Of a stretch of DNA of 64,000 nucleotides, positions 54,942-64,000 are shown piece by piece. The stretch lies in NCBI GenBank assembly GCA_965205865.1, contig CBDBHR010000029.1:736001-800000 (forward strand), in the 5' to 3' direction. Under the pieces are notes generated by a model that worked only from the letters and a program-made list of their open reading frames with translations, made no database searches and had not been told where the DNA came from. This DNA comes from a bacterium (GTDB taxonomy: Bacteria > SAR324 > NAC60-12). Made by a program: the position numbers and the translations under genes. Each line of letters opens with the position of its first letter. Position 1 is the first letter of the stretch.

Positions 54942-55052
54942 AAGAACCTGGCAATCCGGAATAAACTACATGAAATTCGGAGCGCATCTTCGCCATGCTG
55001 TTGGTATCCCATACCGAGTGATCAAAGAATCGGGCGTCAACGGAGCGGAGCG

Positions 55053-55940
55053 CTAGGTAATAGCTCGGAAGAATTCAAGATCGATCCCTGACGCGCCATC
55101 GGGAGATAGTGTTTGCGCGCTGACATGGTCAGCGCCTGCATTCCAATGCGCTTCCAATCGTTGGGAGATCATCGTCTCATCTCCCCAGGCCACAATCGCA
55201 TCCACCAGCCGGTCACTACCGCCGTTTTCGAAATCGCTGTCGCCGAAACCCAAAGTTTTAAGATTATTTCTATAATTTTGCAGACGCAAATAGCCACGCA
55301 TGTGTCCCCGCGCGGCTCTTCTCGCAGAGGAGGCGTTCTTGTCGAAAACCACGGCTTGTTCCGGCGCAAGCCATTTGTCCGCACCGATGATTTCCCTGGC
55401 GCGCGCCGTGTGTTCCACGGGGACAAAATAGGGGTGAGCGCCGTCAGCAACGTCTCTGGCCAATCCTAACATCTTTGGTCTCAAAGTCGCCAAAACAATC
55501 GGTACTTCGCATTCGGGTTTTGGGCCATTGTATGGACTGTCTTGCATTTGTTTCAGATAGGTTCGCATCGTGGAGATCGGCTTCCCATATTCCTGGTGCC
55601 AGATCGGACCCACCGATTCTCGATGGGAGACTCCCAATCCCGAGATGAAACGCCCCTTGCTCGATTCCTGCAACGTATTGCAAGCGGCTTTCATGGCAAC
55701 CGCATCCCTTGCATAAATATTGGCAATTCCCGTGGCAAGAAAGATGGTGTTCGTTCGCGCCGCCAAAAAACTCAGGTGAGCAAAAGGATCCCTTCCTGCC
55801 GCTTCCGGAATCCAAAGGGCAGCCACCCCCAATGATTCCAGCTCTTCTACGGTTCTCGCAACCTCCTCCGTGGAAAACGCATCCAGGAATGCCCACGCCC
55901 CCAATTTGCCAATTGTCTTTTTTAGTTCCATCGAAAACAC
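55053..55940 (-). CDS. LLM-class F420-dependent oxidoreductase
   Basis: ATGIANIYAR, GLGVSH, GAHPYF, AGADHV. Confidence 0.85.
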   Translation of the reverse strand: MFSMELKKTIGKLGAWAFLDAFSTEEVARTVEELESLGVAALWIPEAAGRDPFAHLSFLAARTNTIFLATGIANIYARDAVAMKAACNTLQESSKGRFISGLGVSHRESVGPIWHQEYGKPISTMRTYLKQMQDSPYNGPKPECEVPIVLATLRPKMLGLARDVADGAHPYFVPVEHTARAREIIGADKWLAPEQAVVFDKNASSARRAARGHMRGYLRLQNYRNNLKTLGFGDSDFENGGSDRLVDAIVAWGDETMISQRLEAHWNAGADHVSAQTLSPDGASGIDLEFFRAIT

Positions 55941-56125
55941 CCCTTGCTTGATTGAAAATGATGAAAATATCCGATATAAATAAACAATTTACATTCTGAT
56001 TATCAAAATGCTATTGAAAAATCAATTTCTTCAATTGAGCACGGTAGTGCAATTGGAATCAGATTTTCGTTTGAATTTATTCTACTCGAATGAGCCAAAG
56101 GTAATATAAAGGAGCTGGAAATCCT

Positions 56126-56539
56126 ATGCGTGAAGTCAAAACAAAAAAAACCGGAATGAGCGTGGATGCTTTCATAGAGGGAGTGGACCCCAAACGGCAA
56201 GAGGATTGTCGGATCATGCTGGAAATGATGCGTGAAATCACAGGGGAAGAACCGGCGATGTGGGGCCCCAGCATAATCGGGTTTGGCAGTTATCACTACA
56301 AATATGCCAGTGGGCATGAAGGAGACGCGATTTTAACCGGTTTTTCTCCGCGCAAACAAGCATTCACCATCTATATCATGCCTGGGTTTTCCCGGTATCA
56401 ATCCTGCTTGGACAAGCTGGGTCGGCACAAAACGGGCAAATCGTGTCTCTACCTCAAAAAGTTGGCGGACGTCGATCTCTCCATACTGAGAAAACTGATT
56501 CAAGAATCCGTTGCAACCATGGTCAAAATGTACAAATAA
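56126..56539 (+). CDS. DUF1801-family protein
   Basis: MWGPSIIGFG.YHYKY, GFSPRK, GKSCLY. Confidence 0.85.
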   Translation: MREVKTKKTGMSVDAFIEGVDPKRQEDCRIMLEMMREITGEEPAMWGPSIIGFGSYHYKYASGHEGDAILTGFSPRKQAFTIYIMPGFSRYQSCLDKLGRHKTGKSCLYLKKLADVDLSILRKLIQESVATMVKMYK

Positions 56540-56656
56540 ATCGGCTTTCTTTCGACAAATCCCTGCGCAGATTGAAATGCGCGTCATTTCCGGACTGTCG
56601 TAATGATGCCGATATTGCTCTTCGGCAGCCACAAATAGCCGGGCTTTGTTGAAGGG

Positions 56657-57223
56657 TCATTCTTTTTTTTTGAAGATACCAGTAACGGAGTCTTTGATAA
56701 TAGAACCCACCATCGCCCCTGCATTGACCACGTTTTCTTCGTTGGCAGCAAATTCCTCCCCTGCCGCCTGTTTTTCCAGAAGCAGGTGAAAATTAGTAGT
56801 GAACCGGTCGAACATTTTATTGTTGACAGCATGAATCATACGCGCTCCAAACTGGGCGATGCGTCCCGTAATGGAAACACGCATGCTGCAATCGAGCCTG
56901 GTTTGCCCTTGTTCGGATTCGTGAAGATCCATCGCCATTTCCATGGTTGCGCTGCCTTTGCCTTGCTTGTCGCTCCCCCGACCTTTGACTCTGAAATGGT
57001 AATTGACGTCATCCAATTCGGTGAATTCCACTTGCCCGTCAAAATTGGTGGTAACCGGTCCAATTTTAACCTTGATTTTTCCCCTGTATTTATTCTCTCC
57101 AAATGATTCGACAAGTTCCGCACCGGGCAGACAGGGGGCAATCTTCCATGGATCGCAAAGAAGCGACCAGACTATTCGACGGTTCGCATTTACCTGAAAC
57201 ATCTTTTTTTCCACGACGTCCAT
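56657..57223 (-). CDS. coxG: CoxG/SRPBCC-family protein
   Basis: APCLPGA, VKIGP, GRIAQFGARMI. Confidence 0.8.
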   Translation of the reverse strand: MDVVEKKMFQVNANRRIVWSLLCDPWKIAPCLPGAELVESFGENKYRGKIKVKIGPVTTNFDGQVEFTELDDVNYHFRVKGRGSDKQGKGSATMEMAMDLHESEQGQTRLDCSMRVSITGRIAQFGARMIHAVNNKMFDRFTTNFHLLLEKQAAGEEFAANEENVVNAGAMVGSIIKDSVTGIFKKKE

Positions 57224-57238
57224 ATAATTCTCGCGCAG

Positions 57239-57679
57239 TCAGGAAGGTTTCTGTAGATCGACTGCTTCCAACACGGCCTCCCACCCGAGGGTGGCGCATT
57301 TCATTCTGGAAGGGAAATGTCGTACGCTCTCGAATATTCGTAGTTTCTGGCTGAGGCGTTTGTTGTGATTCAGTTGTTTTTTAGGATTAATCAAGGTCTT
57401 CAAGTCCGAATAAATGGCATAAATCTCATCCAGGTCTTTCTCACGAATCACCTCCGTCATGATAGAAGCGGATGCAATGGAGATTGCGCATCCCCGTCCT
57501 CTGAATTTGACCTCATTGATTTTGCAGCCGGACAATTTGAGATCGACCCGGACATGATCCCCACAGATCGGATTGTCTATTGCCGCTCTATGCGTGGGGT
57601 TTTCCATGCGTCCGAAATTTCTTGGGTTTTTTTGGTGATCCAGGATCATTTTTTGATAGAGTTGCAGAATATTATTCAT
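57239..57679 (-). CDS. sufU: SufU/NifU-like Fe-S assembly protein
   Basis: NPICGD, GCAISIASAS, RMKCA. Confidence 0.88.
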   Translation of the reverse strand: MNNILQLYQKMILDHQKNPRNFGRMENPTHRAAIDNPICGDHVRVDLKLSGCKINEVKFRGRGCAISIASASIMTEVIREKDLDEIYAIYSDLKTLINPKKQLNHNKRLSQKLRIFESVRHFPSRMKCATLGWEAVLEAVDLQKPS

Positions 57680-57732
57680 GGTTTCATTGGCTTATATTTT
57701 CGTAAAATTCAATAAACAAACTTCATAAAACT

Positions 57733-58202
57733 CTCGACTTTGAACATTTTATCCAACTTTTGGGTTTAATAAAATCAATGTCTTACGAATCTGTATTGGA
57801 ATTAATACAGGTCGTATCATCAAAAACGGAAAACAGCAACTTGTATTAATTTTTTTCAGAATTTCAACCTACTGATATTATTGAATAATGAAAATTAAAA
57901 GAGTAAAGAATCCACCTTCTTAGAAGGTGGTTTTGATGGGCCCCTGGAAGGGGCAGCTCGTGATCGTACTCGTGAGCCGTGCTCGTGCTCGTGAACGAAA
58001 CGGCATCCCAGAGAATCCTGGATTCCCTGCCGTCTCTTCTATTCGGAATCCCCATCTCAAGGGAATCGGGAACGTTTCTATCGAGCACGTGCACGAGCAC
58101 GATTACGAACACGCGCACGTTTCTGGCAGAGCCGATTATCTCTGACCACGCCCAAAGGACGTGGTTTCATCAGATAAAATAAATCGAATGTCCAAAGTCC
58201 AG
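57733..58202. mobile_element. 470-bp non-autonomous element with IS701-like ends and 7-bp TSD
   Basis: CTCGACTTTGAACATT / AATGTCCAAAGTCCAG, TAAAACT on both flanks. Confidence 0.75.
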
Positions 58203-58570
58203 TAAAACTATCACAGTTTGGTTATCATTGGCAACTATATAGATGGGCGCGTAGCCAACCATTGGGAGGAGTCGAGGGACTTGATTTCCTCTGCGGAAGA
58301 CGAAATTCCGTAGTCACATCCCTGATGCCATCCTCGCATTTTGAGGGCGGGAGATTTATTTTGACTGCTGCGTCAATATCCTGTAAATCTCCTTTATTCA
58401 AACCCGACGCTGGCAAGGTTGTCTCTTCGGCATTCACCAATTGGATGCTTTGATGGCAAATCGACTCCAATTTCCAGTTGAAATTCATCGTTGCCGCCGT
58501 CGGGATAATCGTGGAAAGAAAATCAGGTACATGTCCCCCGTATTTCGTTTTCAGGTAAAGGCAGAAGACA

Positions 58571-59614
58571 ATGAAAGATATTTGGAATGAAGTGATTCAG
58601 TGGTCGCAAGCAAAGCCTTCGTTCGTCATTGCCAGGGTCATACGCACTTGGCGTTCGGCCCCGAGGAAAGCCGGAGCCGCCATGCTGATCGATGCGGAGA
58701 TGAATGTTGTCGGCTCGGTTAGCGGGGGCTGCATAGAAGGGGCGGTGATTGAAGAAGCAATGCGAATTTTGCGCTCGGGAGGAAAAAAGCGCCTCGACTA
58801 TGGCATCGATGACGACACCGCCTGGTCGGTGGGACTGGCCTGTGGGGGTGAGGTCAGCGTGCTTCTGGAAAAGCACTGGGCCGTTTCAGGAAATCCACAG
58901 GCAAAAAAAATCTGGGATGACTTGAAGGAGGCCATCCGGGAGAAAAAATCGGTGGTTTTCCTCACTCGCGTGGAAGACAGGCAGTCGATACCCATGCTGC
59001 TTTATGAAGACGGCAGGACGGCAGGAGCCTGGGATCATTTTGACGAGGAATTGAAAACGAAAAGCCTGCAGGCCCTCGAGTCGCAAAAAAACGATACCTT
59101 GCGCTGGCATGAGGAAAAAGTGTTCCTGCACACTTTCCCGGCTCCGGATCAACTGATCATCATCGGCGCGGGGCACATCACCATCCCTTTAGTGCAGTAT
59201 GCCCGCCAAATGGATTTTGAAACCTACGTCATTGATCCCAGACGGGTCTTTGCCAACCGGGAACGCTTTCCGGTCGAACCAACGAAGATCATTTCCGAAT
59301 GGCCCCAAGACGCCTTACGGGACTGGAATTTCCATAAAAATATCTATGCGGTTTTACTGACTCATGATCCCAAGATCGATGATCCGGGCATGCGCATTCT
59401 GCTCAGGCAACCGGTCCGTTATATAGGCGCGTTGGGCAGCCGGAAAACCCATGCGAAACGGGTGCGACGGCTCCGGGAAGATGGCTTGAGCGACGCCGAA
59501 ATCAATCGCATCAAAGCCCCCATTGGTTTGGATATCGGAGCAGAATCACCCAGCGAAATTGCCTTGAGCATTCTTGCCGAAATCATACGGGAAAAACGAA
59601 AAGCCGCGGATTGA
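58571..59614 (+). CDS. XdhC/CoxI-family Moco chaperone
   Basis: SAPR..GSVSGGCIE, GLACGG, THDPKID, APIGLDIGA. Confidence 0.9.
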   Translation: MKDIWNEVIQWSQAKPSFVIARVIRTWRSAPRKAGAAMLIDAEMNVVGSVSGGCIEGAVIEEAMRILRSGGKKRLDYGIDDDTAWSVGLACGGEVSVLLEKHWAVSGNPQAKKIWDDLKEAIREKKSVVFLTRVEDRQSIPMLLYEDGRTAGAWDHFDEELKTKSLQALESQKNDTLRWHEEKVFLHTFPAPDQLIIIGAGHITIPLVQYARQMDFETYVIDPRRVFANRERFPVEPTKIISEWPQDALRDWNFHKNIYAVLLTHDPKIDDPGMRILLRQPVRYIGALGSRKTHAKRVRRLREDGLSDAEINRIKAPIGLDIGAESPSEIALSILAEIIREKRKAAD

Positions 59615-59646
59615 TTTTATATGAATGCAAAGGGGAAGAGATACTC

Positions 59647-61263
59647 ATGGAAAGCACAATAATGGATTTTCCGCTGACGCTGTCGATGATCATGCGTCGC
59701 GCAGAACTGCTTTTTCCCAACCAGGAAATCGTCACTCGTCAGCCCGACAGGTCCTTCCACCGCTACACGAACCGGGAATGGCTGCGCCGCGCGAAGAAGT
59801 TGGCGCTGGCTTTGAAAAGGATGGGTGTGAGAGACGGGGAACGCGTTGCCAGTTTCTGCTGGAATCACTACCAGCACTATGAACTCTACTTCGCCGTCCC
59901 AGCCATGGGTGCTGTCTTACACACGCTCAACCTGCGACTGGGAGAAGAAGATTTGAGTTATATCATCAACCATGCTGATGACCGGGTATTGTTCATCGAT
60001 GACAGTTTACTGCCCCTCTATGAGAAATTCCGAAACCGAGTAAATTTTCGCCAAATCGTTGTCATTTCCCGTGATGGGGAGGTGCCGGAAGGCATGCTCG
60101 ATTATGAGACGCTGCTGGGTCAGGAAGATGAGCAGGAATTCGAATACGCGGACTGGGATGAAAGAAAAGCGATCTCCATGTGTTACACCTCCGGCACCAC
60201 CGGCAAGCCAAAAGGGGTCTTATTTTCCCACCGTTCCACTATACTCCATGCCTTGGTCAGCTGTATGTCCACGACGCTGGCTTTCAGTGAAAAAGACGTC
60301 TTGCTTCCCGTGGTACCCATGTTCCACGTGAATGCCTGGGGCATCCCCTATGCGGCGCCTATGGTGGGAAGCAAGCTGGTTTTTCCAGGTCCTTATTCAG
60401 ACCCGGCGAGTTTGTTGGAAGCCTTTGTTCAGGAAAAAGTGACTTTCACCGGTGGCGTTCCTACTATATGGATCGGTATGCTCAAAGTCCTCGATGAGAA
60501 TCCCGGCGTTCACGATCTCTCCAACATGCGCATGCTGGTTGTCGGTGGTTCTGCTGTGCCCCGCAGTCTGATTGACGCATTTGAAAAACGGCATGGACTG
60601 AACATCACGCAAGCATGGGGAATGACGGAAATGTCACCTCTCGGAACCTTCTATTCAGAGAGACCCCATCTTGAAGATTTGGAGCGAGACGCGCAACTCG
60701 ATTACCGCGCGAAACAAGGACTGCCCGTCAATTTGGTGGAATATCGGATTCGAGGAGATGAGGGTTTCGCGCCATTTGACGGAGAGAGCATGGGAGAGTT
60801 GGAAGTGCGGGGTCCCTTTATCACGGGAAGTTACTACAATTCTGAGGAGGGGGCGGAAAAATTCACCGGGGACGGCTGGTTCAAAACCGGAGATATCGTG
60901 ACCATTGATGAGGAATGCTATCTGGAAGTGAAAGATCGCTCCAAAGATCTGGTTAAATCAGGAGGAGAATGGATCAGTTCCGTTGACCTGGAAAATAGAC
61001 TGATGGGGCATGAAGCGGTGACCGAAGCCGCCGTGTTTGCCGTTGCTCATGAAAAATGGCAAGAGCGCCCCTTGGCGGCCGTAGTCCTGCAGGAAGGAAA
61101 ACAAGCTTCCAAGGAGGAACTGCTCTCCTTTCTGGCTGAAAAGTTTCCCAAGTGGTGGCTGCCGGATGACCTGTTGTTTGTGGAAAGCATTCCCAAAACC
61201 AGCGTTGGTAAATTCAAGAAAGTGACCTTGCGGGAAATGTACTGGCGCCATCTCTCAAAATGA
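59647..61263 (+). CDS. Acyl-CoA ligase (AlkK/DmdB-like)
   Basis: YTSGTTGKPKG, WGMTE, KSGGEWISS. Confidence 0.9.
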   Translation: MESTIMDFPLTLSMIMRRAELLFPNQEIVTRQPDRSFHRYTNREWLRRAKKLALALKRMGVRDGERVASFCWNHYQHYELYFAVPAMGAVLHTLNLRLGEEDLSYIINHADDRVLFIDDSLLPLYEKFRNRVNFRQIVVISRDGEVPEGMLDYETLLGQEDEQEFEYADWDERKAISMCYTSGTTGKPKGVLFSHRSTILHALVSCMSTTLAFSEKDVLLPVVPMFHVNAWGIPYAAPMVGSKLVFPGPYSDPASLLEAFVQEKVTFTGGVPTIWIGMLKVLDENPGVHDLSNMRMLVVGGSAVPRSLIDAFEKRHGLNITQAWGMTEMSPLGTFYSERPHLEDLERDAQLDYRAKQGLPVNLVEYRIRGDEGFAPFDGESMGELEVRGPFITGSYYNSEEGAEKFTGDGWFKTGDIVTIDEECYLEVKDRSKDLVKSGGEWISSVDLENRLMGHEAVTEAAVFAVAHEKWQERPLAAVVLQEGKQASKEELLSFLAEKFPKWWLPDDLLFVESIPKTSVGKFKKVTLREMYWRHLSK

Positions 61264-61328
61264 CGACTTCTCCAAGATTGAAAAAAGAGAGACAAAGAGT
61301 CGCATACAATGAAAAAAAAGGAGAAACT

Positions 61329-62099
61329 ATGATTTTTGATCTAAGCGGAAAAGTTGCGATCGTGACCGGCTCTACCAAGGGAATTGGAAAAGCCATTGCC
61401 GGGCAAATGGCAGAATTTGGCGCAAAAGTGGTCATTTCCAGCCGTAAAGGCGAAGCCTGTGATGACGTGGCCCGTGCTCTCAATGAGAAGTTGCAGGATA
61501 AGCCGGGCGAAGCAACCTCGATTCCCTGCCATGTCTCCCACAAAGACCAGTTGAAAAATCTGGTGGACGAAACCCACAAGCGATTTGGGAAAATCGACAT
61601 TCTGGTTGGCAATGCGGGGGTCAATCCGTTTTATGGATCTTCTGCCGATATCCCGGATTCCGCCTTTGAGAAAATCTTATCGACCAACATCACCTCCAAT
61701 CACTGGCTATGTCAGATGGTGATTCCGGACATGCTGGAAAAGAAAGGTGGCTCGATCATCATTGTCTCGTCAGTGGCCGGGTTCCAGGGATCTTCGGTCT
61801 TGGGGACTTACGCGATCTCGAAAGCGGCGGATCTGGCATTGATTCGAAACATTGCAGTGGAATACGGACCCCGCCATATTCGCGCCAATGCAATTGCTCC
61901 CGGATTGATCAAGACGGATTTCGCCAAAGCGTTGTGGAGCAACCCGGAAACTTTGAAACTGGCAACGCAAAACTATCCACTGCGTCGCATTGGAGAACCC
62001 ATTGAGTGCGCAGGGGCGGCGGTTTTCCTCGCATCGGATGCGGCCAGTTTCATCACCGGTCAGTCCATCGTCATCGATGGGGGCGGTCTCATTGCCTGA
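61329..62099 (+). CDS. SDR oxidoreductase
   Basis: TGSTKGIG, NAG, YAISK. Confidence 0.9.
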   Translation: MIFDLSGKVAIVTGSTKGIGKAIAGQMAEFGAKVVISSRKGEACDDVARALNEKLQDKPGEATSIPCHVSHKDQLKNLVDETHKRFGKIDILVGNAGVNPFYGSSADIPDSAFEKILSTNITSNHWLCQMVIPDMLEKKGGSIIIVSSVAGFQGSSVLGTYAISKAADLALIRNIAVEYGPRHIRANAIAPGLIKTDFAKALWSNPETLKLATQNYPLRRIGEPIECAGAAVFLASDAASFITGQSIVIDGGGLIA

Positions 62100-62100
62100 A

Positions 62101-63108
62101 TCATGGCGAGAGACGATAGACCCGAATTGCCGTATCTCGAAACAAAGCCGTTCGCTCAGCGGGTGAAAAATCCCGGGTCATCTTCTTAAAAGAATTCCAA
62201 AGTACGAGATAAGAACAAGACACCTTGTCCACCGGAAAGTTGCTTTCGAACATGCAGCGATTGGGGCCAAACTGTTCAATGGTGAACCTGTAGTAAGGCG
62301 ACGTTGCGGCAACCAACTCATCGGAGGTCGGTGGCTTGTCACCTTTGTGGAAGCCAAACCCGTTAATCGCCATTACCAATCCACCCAGTTTGACCACGAC
62401 GTTGGGACAGGTGGCCAGTTCCCGAATCCCCTCCTTCCAGTATTGAAAAACTTCCTCCCGCTTCCCGGCATAGGGGCCGATGCCCAGAGGACCTGCAAAA
62501 TGATCGCAAATGATGGTGGTTTCCGGAAAGGCTCGCGCCAGGCTGACCAATTCCGGAATTTGAGGATGAAAGAGCCAGGCATCAAACGTCAAATCATATT
62601 GCCGCAAGGCGGCAAATCCTTCCCTGAATCTTGAATTCAGATATAACTCACGAGGCGGATTCGAATGGGAAACGCGGATGGCAGGACTTTCATCCCAACT
62701 ACAGGAATTCCGGATTCCACGGAAACGGTTCGGACTGGCAGCCAGGTGAGCCTCCAGCACGGACGCCACTTGCGACCCGAGCATGAGATCCGCAAAGCTG
62801 ACGATGCCGGCGGCGACGATGGTAGGCCCATATTGTCCACTGGCGCTTTGAGCGGCGATGCCTTGCGCGAATTCTGTTTCTCCCACCGGTTTCATTTCCT
62901 GCGGTCCGTCCTTGCGGTACATGGATGAGCACTCCAGAAAGACGGTTTCCCGGACATCGTGACCGCTGCCGGTATCCTCGAGCAACTCATCGAGTAAATA
63001 ACGACTTTTCGGATGGTCCCACAAATGATGATGAGGGTCGCAAACAGGCAATTCCGGCTCAATGGCTGTTTCATTTGTCCGCTCGAGCCAACTTGAATTC
63101 ACTGGCAT
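62101..63108 (-). CDS. Amidohydrolase_2-family protein
   Basis: DPHHHLW, DHFAGP, FESNFPVD. Confidence 0.88.
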   Translation of the reverse strand: MPVNSSWLERTNETAIEPELPVCDPHHHLWDHPKSRYLLDELLEDTGSGHDVRETVFLECSSMYRKDGPQEMKPVGETEFAQGIAAQSASGQYGPTIVAAGIVSFADLMLGSQVASVLEAHLAASPNRFRGIRNSCSWDESPAIRVSHSNPPRELYLNSRFREGFAALRQYDLTFDAWLFHPQIPELVSLARAFPETTIICDHFAGPLGIGPYAGKREEVFQYWKEGIRELATCPNVVVKLGGLVMAINGFGFHKGDKPPTSDELVAATSPYYRFTIEQFGPNRCMFESNFPVDKVSCSYLVLWNSFKKMTRDFSPAERTALFRDTAIRVYRLSP

Positions 63109-63367
63109 CTTTTCTCCTCATGAAAATATTGAAAATTGAAGAACTCGAACTATTACATCGTCCCGTTTTTCGAAAACAGGTCACTGCCTCATCTTGAATA
63201 AAGATAGTAAAATGGATTACGCGAGCAAGCAGGATAGTTCAAGTTTTTTTCAGGTAACTGCCGGATCGAGAACCGGCGGATTTCAGAGATGTCTGTACCG
63301 GCAATAGGCACCGTTTTTGCATTTTTCCAGCAAACCCATTTCATTCATCAATTCAAGCGGAGGAATC

Positions 63368-64000
63368 ATGATCAGCACTTTGGAAATTGCAAGACGGTTG
63401 GGCATCACGTCTGTCGCCGTCAATAATCGTATTAAAAAACTGGAAATCGAGAAAAACAGGCGTGGGGTTTTTGCTTATGTCACCGAGGATGATTTCGAAC
63501 GTATGGCAAAGCTTCCTTTGGAACCAAGCGAGCATACCACCTCGATTTCGACAAACTCCAACTCATTCACTAAATTTCCTCCGGTGGATCCCCTGATTTC
63601 AGAAAACCGCGCACTGCGCCAGCAATTGAATGATTTACAACAAGAGATTCAACAAAAGGACCTGCAGCAACAGGAACAGCTCCGAATGCGGCAAATAGAT
63701 GTCGAACAAGAACGATCCACTGCCCACCATCAACTTCAGGAAAAGGTAAAATTGCTGCAAGAAGCAAGACGTGAGCGCACCGAATTGAGGGTCTTGTTGT
63801 TTCGTGAACAAGAGCTGGCCAGCCACACGCACAAAGAACTGGAACAAGCCCAGACACAAATCAAACAGTTGCAGCAGTTACCAATGGTGGAGTTGCAAAA
63901 ATGGATCAAATTGCTGGAGGCCTCCCACAATACCTTTGCCAACAATCTGAAATTGTTGAGCATCGCCCCGTCACCCCCGCTGATTGTTCATGAAGGCGGC
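63368..64000 (+). CDS. HTH + coiled-coil protein, runs off the window; absent from the ORF track
   Basis: Open frame MISTLEIARRLGITSVAVNNRIKKL..., then Q/E/L-rich heptads; GGAGG RBS. Confidence 0.7.
   Translation, partial: MISTLEIARRLGITSVAVNNRIKKLEIEKNRRGVFAYVTEDDFERMAKLPLEPSEHTTSISTNSNSFTKFPPVDPLISENRALRQQLNDLQQEIQQKDLQQQEQLRMRQIDVEQERSTAHHQLQEKVKLLQEARRERTELRVLLFREQELASHTHKELEQAQTQIKQLQQLPMVELQKWIKLLEASHNTFANNLKLLSIAPSPPLIVHEGG

Overview
Bacterial window with two parts. Positions 1 to about 30,170 form a decaying defence and mobile-element island. Defence genes there include GmrSD, a NERD-nuclease/UvrD-type helicase, a KAP NTPase, two N6-methyltransferase R-M modules, DUF4238, and relics of a thermonuclease and AbiJ. 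Many of these are split by IS elements (IS1380, ISNCY/IS5-like, IS630, IS66, IS1, IS701, IS91 relic) or by MITEs. From about 30,240 to 64,000 the content is housekeeping and metabolic: MMPL, HelD-like helicase, mtaB, pilin, nuoN, tRNA-Pro, DAHP synthase, FadL plus lipase, ProU, LLMs, CoxG/XdhC, acyl-CoA ligase. Five observations stand out. (1) Two near-identical 1,048-bp HUH/RAYT-type transposase units have perfect 21-bp terminal inverted repeats, truncate neighbouring genes, and leave a solo end at a third gene junction. (2) A transposase-less ~1.06-kb cassette inside the KAP gene carries a ClpP-like protease and a convergent, unannotated 57-aa peptide with IGGNPDMSMG repeats. (3) A second protease cassette pairs a small protein with a retropepsin. 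(4) Three MITE families can each be linked, with varying strength, to a transposase type in the window. (5) A MetA homologue lacks the catalytic Cys. All calls come from reading motifs by eye; no database searches were run.
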